A DNA stretch of 60,395 bases, the filler included, from Sluysia triapertura (taxonomy: Eukaryota), in NCBI GenBank assembly GCA_046118255.1. It is 5 parts of 5 records of this genome, joined end to end, with 100 filler letters (N's around TTAATTAATTAA, not from the genome) between each part and the next. Parts side by side here need not be neighbours in the genome. Positions count along the whole stretch, not along the records: positions 48,545 to 60,395 come from JBJNIA010163926.1; 4 more parts are not named here. The stretch is one strand, 5' to 3'. The first letter of the stretch is position 1. Every line of letters begins with the position of its first letter. The translations under genes were made by a program, and so were the position numbers. This document shows positions 50,461 to 60,395 of this stretch, in pieces. Below the pieces are notes generated by a model. The model was not told where the DNA came from, did not search any database, and saw only the letters and a list, made by a program, of their open reading frames with translations.

Positions 50461-53400
50461 CTGAATTAATGTTTATTGTCAAGAAATGTTTTGAATAGAA
50501 ATCAGAAGTATGGAACTTCTTGTAATAACTTGGTTTTAAAAATAGTAAAAATGCATAATTTTAACATAAAAATAATTGTTTACAAAATAAACAAAAACTA
50601 AGAAAATATAATAATAAGTATTTTGCAAATGAATTTGAAAAACAAATAAATCCAAAAGATAGCATATGTCTAATTTACTATAATATTAAATTTAAATATT
50701 CTAAATTTCTAGGACAACAAAATTTATAAAGTTTTGTGAAAATCTGATAATTATGTTTTTTAGTTAATAATTTATAGATGGTGATACGCTTCTAAATATC
50801 AAAACAACCCACCTCGAAAGTAGTTTTATATCAAAAATAGTATACATGAATTCTTTAACTCTATTTTAGAAAAGTCCTACTTAATCAAACTTGAAAAAAC
50901 AAATAAAACAAAACGAAAAGAAATCTATTTTGATATTTTGATTAATGTCAATTTTATCAAGCAGAAAAATTAATATATTAATGTAAAAATAACGTATATT
51001 TATATTATTGTTTGTATTTTATAATACATATTTGTATTTAAGTTATTTTTATTTGCTTTTATAAAATATTTTACTAAATTTTTTATGTATAATATTCAAT
51101 TATTTAGAGAAAAAGTGTTTAAACCAGAAGTCCTGAACAGGTCTTGAAAATAATAAAAATACGAAGATGAGTGTCTCTAAGTAAACAGAATTCACAGTAA
51201 TAATAAGATAGATGATAAGTTATATGCTCTAAAAGTTTTCTGTTCTAAAAATTATACAACTAGATAACAATGAATGTCAAATCACTGGAATATTACGAAA
51301 TATTTAAGAAATATTTTAACAAATGATTAGAGCTACATAAATTAATATATTATTATTATTAATTTCAAAATAAGTAAGTACATTAAGACCATTGTTTAAG
51401 ACCATTAATATAAATATATGTAAACATAAGATTTTAATTAAATTTTAATGAAAATTGCTTATTTTACTTATTTGCTGTTTCAAATATTTTACTTTAAACT
51501 TTGATAGGTAAGTTTTATTCGATGTCTGGTTAGTTTTATAAAATATATTTGTTTAATTGATGCGATCTTTGACATGGAAGTTGGTTCTACTTATCTCAGT
51601 TGAAAGAACTACTTTAACAACTAATCAAAATTGTGTCTTTCTTTTTAAAGATAGCTCTCAATGAATTAAATATTAATGTTTATTTCAGACAGTTAACAAA
51701 ATTAATGATAAAACAGTAAAATAAAATAGTTGCTTAGCTGCTTTAAACTGATTTTGATTTGATTACCATTTTTAACGTTTTTTAATCTATGTATTCAGAA
51801 AGTCTTACCGGCTGAAGAATCAAAGTATATCAATAATTAAATGTCTCTAATTTTAATTTTCAATCAAATATCGAAACTAATTTATATGATCATCAGCTAA
51901 TAATAAATATCAAAACAGGAAAGTTAAAGTTTTTTATTTTCATCTTTTATATTACATTTTTATTTTCTCTTGCTTTATGCGATTAACTTTATCTTTTTAT
52001 TAGATTTAACTATCCTTTTATTTGTCTAATTAATTTAATTAATCTATAATTAACTTTTCCTAAGGTTTATTTGATTATGTTTCTACTTTAAGTTGTGAAA
52101 TCTTTATTTAAATTTTTGTGCAGAATTGATAATTAAAAATGTGATTTTTTTGTTATCTCAGCATTATTGTTGTCAAATGATTTAACAAGCAACCGCAGTA
52201 CATAATAATTTTGAAAAGACAATGGTACTTCAAAGAGATCATTATTATTATTATTAATTACATTAACGAATCTTATTTTGTTTATTTGTACCGCAAATTT
52301 TATTAATTTTTATTATAATAATTATTATTTAATTAACGGCCAAATTAGTCTACTTTTACAGACAACGTTTTAATTGCGGTGCTTTATTTAATTTAATTTT
52401 TATTATTTATTAATGGAAGAATGTTTTAAAATCAGTATTGCAGTGATTCACAAGCATAAGTACTTCTTAAACGCATACAATTAGTCTAGGAAGGACGAAA
52501 AGCTTCCAAAACCTAAAAAGGTTTTGTAATAACCTTTCAGAGATAAGTACAAATAATGATTTAGAAGCTATAAATTTACATTTATGTCGTAAAAATGGAA
52601 TAATTAGATCTTGTCAGTGTGGAATGTTCAGGATATTACTGTGATAAATGTTTTATGGGAACATTACAAAAGCACAGATGTGTTATCATCGTTTTTACTT
52701 GTAATACGAATGAAAAATCTAAGAAAAACCTAATAATTTTTAAATTATTAGACATTTTCAATGTCAAAATGATTTTTAAGTATAAGTTTCCATATTTATG
52801 TAACTAGTAAAGAATGGAACAGTAATCATACAAATAAAAGGTATTTAAAATATAATGGTTATGAATAAACTGAAAGTATTCCTAGCCGCTTTAAAACTAG
52901 AACGAAAACGTGAACGACGAATTCAAGTAATAAAAGAAAGAATTCAATATAATATTGAGCTGTATTAATAATAGTGATAAACTTTGCATTTTTATTACGA
53001 ATTAAAAATTGGGAAAATATTATTAACTATATTTCGAATGACTTTGTTTCAGAAAAGAATATGATTGTCATACTTGTTTGATTTACTGAAGGTCACACAT
53101 TTTTATATTTACTACTAAAATAATGGTGAAGATTATCATTTAATTATTATTTTATTTTAATTATATTTTATTATTATTTTATATGTAGTATATGAAAATT
53201 ATTCTTACAATATTATGTATTATGTAAAATTGCAGAATTTTAAAATTGTCTGTCTTAAAAGATGTCTGTTTTAATCAAAATTATAAATTATATCATTGGG
53301 ATATTCCCGAGCAAGATATGTATAATGTAGAGTCCTTAAATTAAGTCGTTATTTATATAATCTCTGTAACATTAAAAAGTAAAGTGTGGTTCACCTTTTT

Positions 53401-54467
53401 TCTGGGAAATACTGATGAGACTTATTTCATTTTATATTAAAATAATTGAAGACATGAGTGATATTAAATACGATAATATAGTTGTACAGTCATTAATTGT
53501 TGATTCAATGGTGTTTCATTTCCACAAAGTTCCGATTACAAAGCACGAACTTAATATTGAATGTGTTATCTGCCATATGAATTTCATCGAATATTATTTC
53601 CTGTTCATCGATAAAGTGTTATTAATTTAGTTGAATTTCAGTTACGAGTAAAGTAACATTAAAGAAATCATTGAAGAATAAATACCAAAATATTATTGTT
53701 TTTAATCTATGGAAACTTATGAGTAATAATTTAGTTAGAAAAATATTATCCGGTTCAACAAGCAAATGTTTCATTACTAAATCAAGGTATATTTTGATAA
53801 CCATCCACTACTGAAGTATTTGGTGATATTTATTCATGAGTTTTTGTGCAATAAACATGTGTTATTTTATTATATGTTTTATGCATCATTTAAATATATG
53901 CGCAACATAAATTTTGAAGCAGAATATTTTATAATTTATACTTTTTAATACACGAGAATAATTTAAAGCATCTTTTTGAAGTCTTTTTCAACAGTCCTCT
54001 ACTAAAAATCTATTTTTCAAAATACAATAAATTAGTTTTTATTAATGTTTCTTCTATTTTTATTAATGTTTAATTATTTATGTTTATTTATGTATAACAT
54101 TTATTAGGTATATGATAACAAAAAACAAATAAAATCTTCATTGAAACAATTTTATTTACATTTATGATTTTCATTAGTGTAAAACTATCACAAAATTAAA
54201 ATATTTAATTGTAAACTTTTGTGTCTTAAATAAAAATTTGAAGTTTTAAGCTCTATTTTGTTTTATTTTATTAGTCATGATTACTTTGTATAAATTAAAT
54301 TCTTTAGCTATAAGTAGTTTATACATTATTCTTACTAATGTAAAATTTTTCATAAAACTTGCTTTAATATAAAGTATTAATCAGTCATCTATAAAACATC
54401 AATTGAATTTAATCAATAACAGTAGTTTATTATTTAAAGTTTTATTCTTACGTGGCAAACTATAAGA

Positions 54468-54590
54468 ATGAGTAAAGTGATACAACTTGTTATACTGGTT
54501 ATTTGTATAATAATTCCTTGTAATTGTAGAGTTAAAAGAAAAGAAAAAGTTCATTATAATTTAACAGATAATCCGGATTTCTTTAGCGAA
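54468..54590 (+). CDS. NUCB: Nucleobindin-like protein, exon 1 (signal peptide)
   Basis: MSKVIQLVILVICIIIPCNC-RVKRKEKVHYNLTDNPDFFSE|gtaggt; phase 0 matches the next exon. Confidence 0.8.
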
Positions 54591-54697
54591 GTAGGTATCT
54601 TTCTATTTTTAAATCTTAACAAAAATTAATTAAATTTTGCTATCTAAATAAAAAAATAGAAAATAATCAAATCAATTATAAATAATTTTTTCTTTAG

Positions 54698-54799
54698 CTT
54701 AATAAAGAAAATTATGCAAAATATATGCGAGAAGTTTTTAATGAATTGGAAAAAGATTTGAAATTGGATAAACAATTGGATTTATCAAATTCTTCTGAA
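54698..54799 (+). CDS. NUCB: Nucleobindin-like, exon 2
   Basis: tctttag|LNKENYAKYMREVFNELEKD..|gtaagt, cf. NUCB Y..YL..V...LE.D. Confidence 0.82.
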
Positions 54800-55574
54800 G
54801 TAAGTTGTAGAAATAATATATTTTATATGTTAAATAAAGTAAAGATAATTAATAAATTATATAATTTTATGTATAGAAAATTCACGTGTTAGTATAATTT
54901 TTAAATTCAAATAATAACAAACAAATTAAAGTTTTTGTTTATTTTTCTATTAAAATAATGTATATAGGATTTAGTTAAGCCTTTTATAATTTCATAATTA
55001 TTGAATTTTGCTGAATTTAAATAAATATTAAAATACAAATATAATTAATTAAAAATATAATTAAACAAAATTTTATGAGACTAGTAAAATTCAATTAAAT
55101 ACTAAACGACTCAAATATAAAATCATTCGAGCATTAAATTAAATAAGATTGAAAACATTACACAAATTTCTTTACAAGTAATCCAAGAAAATGAGCTAAA
55201 ATACGAACGCTAAAAATAAATTATTTAATTAATTAGTTTTATTTATTAGTAATAAAATTAGTGTATTTTTTTAAAGCATGTGATACAAATAATGTATATC
55301 ATCCAAATATTACACCAGGATGATTATTTTCTTTTATGTATCTCTGATCGTGCATTGTCATCTTATATCAACTACAAAATATAATTTCTTATAATATTAA
55401 AATTCTTATATTATAAATTTCTTGTTTAAAAATTAAATTAAGTAATAGTATTAATCTTTACAACATTAAGAATGTTATATTATAACAATGATTGCATAAA
55501 TTTTAATAGTCATGTTAAATGTAATAAACAACAATAATCGTTCGTTATCCAGTGTAATGTCACATTGCTTTTAA

Positions 55575-55793
55575 CCCATTACCCGCCGCAATAGAAAAAT
55601 ATAAAAAAATTAAATTAACTTTATAATGATATTATACTAACGAACTAGAACTATTTTTGCCATAATAGTTATTGCTTTTAATACTTTCATTGAGTGTGTG
55701 CTATGATCTCATTATTTTATTTAGAAGTTACAGATATTAAAAGAAAAAAATTTGAAAATGTGTCCCAAAAATGGGACATTAGTGAATAATGGG
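55575..55793. mobile_element. piggyBac-type MITE (219 bp) with TTAA TSD, intronic
   Basis: TTAA-CCCATTA ... TGTCCCAAAAATGGGACA (subterminal palindrome) ... TAATGGG-TTAA. Confidence 0.8.
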
Positions 55794-56433
55794 TTAAATA
55801 TTATAATTTAAAATTCGATGATAGTATTTGGTAGTTTTTGTTAATTGATGAAAGATCAAGAATAGATATAAAATAATTATTTTCAATATTTTTATTAATT
55901 TCTTAGTCTGAAAATGTTACCAAGGCAAGCAGTATAGCCTACAAGTATTTGTGATGAAAATATTGTTAAAAATGCAAAGAAGTTTGTATATTTTAATCCT
56001 TTAATGGCTCATTTAATTTGGAACAGAGGTATTAATAGTATCACATCAACTGCTATGTTTTCCAATGCTTTAAGGTACAGGGTTTCTCGATTGTTGATTC
56101 AACAGCTTGGCAAAGAATTTTTTTGTTAAAGTATTAACTTGTCTTTTTAAATATGAAAATAACATAAAGTTCTAGCAAAAAATTGATTGCGACACCATAT
56201 ATATATTTTAATAGTCAAAATTAATTGTAATCACAAAACAAAAAAATAAATAAAATTAACTAATAAGTTAATTTATTCAGTTTTGTTATATAATAATTTG
56301 GTATTTTTACATGGTTTATTTTTAAATTTTTATGTAGACTATTTTTAGACTTAAATAAAATTTTAAATCTGTTTTATTCTTATTATGTTTATTTAGTTTT
56401 TCCAAGAATTTATTAAATATTTATTTGATTTAG

Positions 56434-56685
56434 TCCTTTGAAATGTACATTAGCCAACTGAATCATGCAAGTCCAGAAACTCGTAACAAACTCGATGAAA
56501 TTAAACAACGCGAAATAGCTAGACTGAATAGTCTAGATGGTGCTATAAAATCTTTATCAGATGCAGAAGATGATTCTCTTGGAAGTGATATTCATAAAAA
56601 GATTATGGATAAAGAACGAAGTCATATTCATAGTTCAGATAGTTCATCATTTACAATTGATGATTTAAGATTTTTGATTAAAAAA
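56434..56685 (+). CDS. NUCB: Nucleobindin-like, exon 3
   Basis: tttag|SFEMYISQLNHASPETRNKLDEIKQREIARL...FTIDDLRFLIKK|gtgag, cf. NUCB2 VRTKLDELKRQEVGRL..FESTDLDMLIK. Confidence 0.88.
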
Positions 56686-57442
56686 GTGAGATTTTAAAAC
56701 ATCTAATTTTAGTATTTATAATATTTGGTTTCTAATTAATGTTTACAATTATTAAATGAATTCCATTATTTTCTTTAAGATTATTTTCTTATTTTCTTAC
56801 AGAATCAGTACATAATGAACATTTAACTCATAACATAGTTAACAGCGTTCCCAAGTTAAATCACATATTCATTCATCATTCATTCAAGCAATTCACTGAG
56901 TTGTTCAATAAAACATTTTAACTCTAAACCATAAAACAATAAAGTTGCACTAGACAAATAAGTCTTCAGATCACCTACATCATTAAGACTATATTACATC
57001 ATAATTCATTAAATTCACTCCTTATCACACGTTTAGAAATCATTAGATAATTCTTTACATATCATGTACGCAAGTCATAACATTATTTCTTTAAACACTC
57101 TTATTCTAGACTATTTAACATTATGTGCATTAAGGAAACTTACTCAGCAAAAAATCAAATAATACGTTTATTCATGTGAAAGATCATACAGTAAGATATT
57201 TAAGAACAGATACAAAGAGTATGCAAAATAGTCAACAGGAAATATAAAAGGTTTTTAACTCACAGAACATTCAGAAAAACTCACATTCTCAGCCACTCTC
57301 AAAGATTATCACTCAAGCCTCCATACATCCTATACTTTACATCTTCAACAATTTATGTTTCATCTAGGTAAGATCTTGTGAACTATTAGAAAAGAAATAA
57401 ATATTAAAGAAGATTTAAAAGAAATTGCAAGAATTTTAAAAA

Positions 57443-57445
<3 letters not shown>

Positions 57446-57518
<73 letters not shown>
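57446..57518. repeat. (AAT)n microsatellite
   Basis: Direct reading. Confidence 0.95.
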
Positions 57519-58817
57519 TATCAGTTGGGATGAAATTATGTCATAATGCCATAATAATTAATAGTTAGTCATTATTACTTATTAAATTAAATTTAGGTAT
57601 AATACTTTTGTACAAAAAAATTACTTAAATAAGAATCTATACTTAAATCCAGTTTTTTATACACAACGCAGTTTTCCAAGCTGATAGCACTATCAAATAA
57701 GAGTTATTTGATCAAATATTAAATCAACTAATAATTTCCCTTCATCATGATGTAAATGATCGTAGAACTTGCCTTTAATTTTAGTAATAATGTTCAGAAA
57801 GAACGATAATTTGTATCGATTCCATAATTCATATTCAAGATATTCAAGAAGCTATTAATAAAATCATTTGTAGGAAATATTTAAGAGATGCTTTAAATCA
57901 AGAAATCACAGAACGAGAAATGGCGTTCGATAAATTAAAAAAATGTTCTTATATGTTATTTAATGAACGAATGCTTGAAGCGTACACGTTAAGAAGTTTT
58001 TGAATAGATCAAATGGACAATGTGTAATAATGTATCCGACGATTGCTAATTTATATGAATCGCAATGTTCCGATGATACTTTATACATGAAAGTTTTAAG
58101 TAAATTAAATGTTTTCTACCTTTTTATCTTGTCGATTTTGTCGAGTGTTTTGACAGTTACTTGACAATCAATGCATATGCCATTCAACGTACGAAGCTGT
58201 CCTCTAATATACACATAGCTAATACTAATTCAACATATTCCACACGACCCAACCACACTTCATCATTTATAAATATTAATTCGCAAAAGTTATATCTACA
58301 TTTCAATTTAATTTTTATAAAATGTTCAGAGTGAATAGCGCGTGAAGCAGTTACCATAGAAATGTTGACGAAGTTATTATTGAAAATCGATTCATAAACG
58401 TCACAATACGGAATGCAATTTGAGATTGTAACCACTAACCTAACAATATATTCTCATTATAATCAATATTTTTATCTGCATTTTAGGCCTTTATCTCAAC
58501 AAAAACTTAATTATTTTTGTCCTTAAGTTTTAGGACTTCGTTGACAAAGTGTCTTTTTATATTTATTTCTTGTTTTATCTTTAATCTTAAGACATCGTAT
58601 TACTATTAATTTAATTTAATAATAATACAGTTTGTTATTTTAAATATGCGCCAAAAAAGTACGTTATAAATGTTGTACCTTTTGCTTGCAAAAGTATCAC
58701 TTAAATTTATTTACAGTTATCTTTCATGAACTTAACTTACCACACTTGTCAAAACATTTATTTAAAATTTGTCTTTGTTCAGTTAAAAGTAACTTTTAGA
58801 CAAGAATAATGATTAGT

Positions 58818-59600
58818 ATTAGGTTGGCAAGGATGAAATTTGTAGATAATAATATTGCAAATATTTACAGCTTAATATTATTTTACTATTTTGTTTTTGT
58901 CGGAATGTAAGATATTTCACCTTTTTAAGGAAATCATTGTAAGCTCTAAAAAATATTAAAAACTTTGTTTATAAATTAATTTTGTTGAAAATTCAATGAG
59001 TTATGTGGTCGCCCAGAATCATTGGTCAATAATGACGAACTAAAGGTCATCGTTAAATCTTAACCTGTGAATTATCGCTGAAGTTTGGTGTTAGCCAATA
59101 AACAAATTGGAAAAAGCGAAAGGTTGAATAAGTGAGTTCCAAAAGAACTGTACGAAATACAGAATCAAAGGCATTTAGAAACATTGCTCGATGTTACTTT
59201 CAAGTCACAAATTTGATCCATTTTTGAACAGAATTGTCACTTTCAATGAAAAATTGATTCATTATGACTATTGAAAACCTTCAGCACAGTGGTTTGACAA
59301 GAATGAAACACCAAAGTGCAATATTCATCAAAAGAAGATGATGGTGAGTATTTAGAAGTCTAGCGCACTGAATAGACAACTGCGAAAAAAAACTAAAGGA
59401 TATAGAGGTGGAACTTTATCATCATCATCATCCATACTCACCAAACCTACTGCTTCTTTTAATTCTTGCTGTAAAACTCTCATCCACCATGCTTTTATGG
59501 CCTGCCATTTAAATAGCAAAAGTGTGTAGCCAATATGGATGCATACTTTAATGAATAAAAGAGTTACTTTTATTCGTAAGTTATCAAATAACTTTGCCTT
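58818..59600 (+). mobile_element. Decayed mariner element in a nucleobindin intron
   Basis: TA-TTAGGTTGGCA left end; GRP..NDELK, K(W>stop)VPKEL, DPFLNRIVTFNEKLIHYD, IHQKKMMVSI, HPYSPNL, QKCV..AYFNE*. Confidence 0.88.
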
Positions 59601-59730
59601 TTTCTATAAACATGATCCTTGACGATCTGATTTTTTAAACTATTTATCATTTTCATCATGTAGCGTAAAAAATACAGAAAATTTTTTAAGTTTAAACGTA
59701 ACTCTCTATATTAATTTTTTCATAATTTAG

Positions 59731-59922
59731 GTTAGAAAAGATCTCAAAGAAGTAGATAAAATTCAAGAACGGGAATACCAAAGACATAAAATGCGAAAAG
59801 CGTGGAAAGTTCGACATAAAATAAGAAAAATAAAAGATCCTGTAAAAAGAAAAGAAATGGAGGAAAGTTATCACAGATACAGACAAAGCGTGTTTCGAAA
59901 GAAGAAGAAGATACATGAACCC
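59731..59922 (+). CDS. NUCB: Nucleobindin-like, exon 4 (EF-hand exons lie beyond the window)
   Basis: aatttag|VRKDLKEVDKIQEREYQRHKMRK...KRKEMEE..KKIHEP|gtaatt, cf. NUCB2 ATSDLEHYDKTRHEEFKKYEMMK..KRKEEE..KVNHP. Confidence 0.85.
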
Positions 59923-60395
59923 GTAATTAAACCTATATTTTTACTTATGGCTGTAATTCAAAGTTTAAAACGTCTATTTAAATAAATATTATAATTAAAA
60001 TAAAAAATTATTTATCTTTCATATCTTTTGGACCAAAATTTTAATAAAAATAAATAAAACTTTTGAAATAATTATTACTAATAACTTCGTACTACAAAAA
60101 ATAGATAATAAAATAAATATTAAATTCAGCACCATTAAAACTTTTTATGTATTAATAATGATGATTAATTTTTTATTACAATCCTACAAAGCTTTTATTA
60201 TATAATTATTGATTAAAAATTTGTACCTATAATTTAAACTTTGTTTTATTGCATATTAGCTAATTAATAAAATAATATCATAAAAATATTCTAGATAAAA
60301 CAAATAAAAATGTTGTTTAAAATTGGAAGCGGAAACATATTTTCAATTATTCAGATTTTCATAATTATATTAATTAAGGGATTCCGATTATTATT

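Noticed and set aside
1-60395. Functional clustering of Rac, B56, ankyrin, GPCR and nucleobindin; tRNA, rRNA or CRISPR loci
   Set aside because: The genes lie mostly on different concatenated contigs; no RNA-gene or CRISPR signatures were recognised

Overview
Very AT-rich animal (metazoan) genomic DNA with GT-AG introns. A triclad-flatworm-like host is my inference from composition and the ankyrin sequence; it is not established. The window is not one locus: five segments (1-11320, 11421-23923, 24024-34905, 35006-48444, 48545-60395) are joined by artificial N44-TTAATTAATTAA-N44 six-frame-stop linkers. Host gene pieces: the last exon of a Rac GTPase, three exons of a PP2A B56 subunit, a large Ser/Lys/Arg-rich exon with 30-aa tandem repeats, one ankyrin ZU5 exon, the 5' coding exon of a rhodopsin-type peptide GPCR, and four exons of a divergent nucleobindin. 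The rest is decayed mobile DNA: Ty3/Gypsy, LINE, mariner, Tc1, IS630-like, hAT, piggyBac-type MITEs, a Stowaway-type element and solo LTRs. Most striking: (1) a Ty3/Gypsy element carrying a chuvirus-type envelope glycoprotein BETWEEN gag and protease (gag-env-PR-RT-RH-IN), suggesting an enveloped retroelement with a membrane-spanning polyprotein; (2) an LTR-like repeat family with an hsp70-style promoter (4-6 phased heat-shock pentamers, CCAAT, TATA); (3) a B56 gene whose last visible exon is splice-phase compatible with the giant repeat exon. All protein assignments come from motif recognition by eye; no searches were run.
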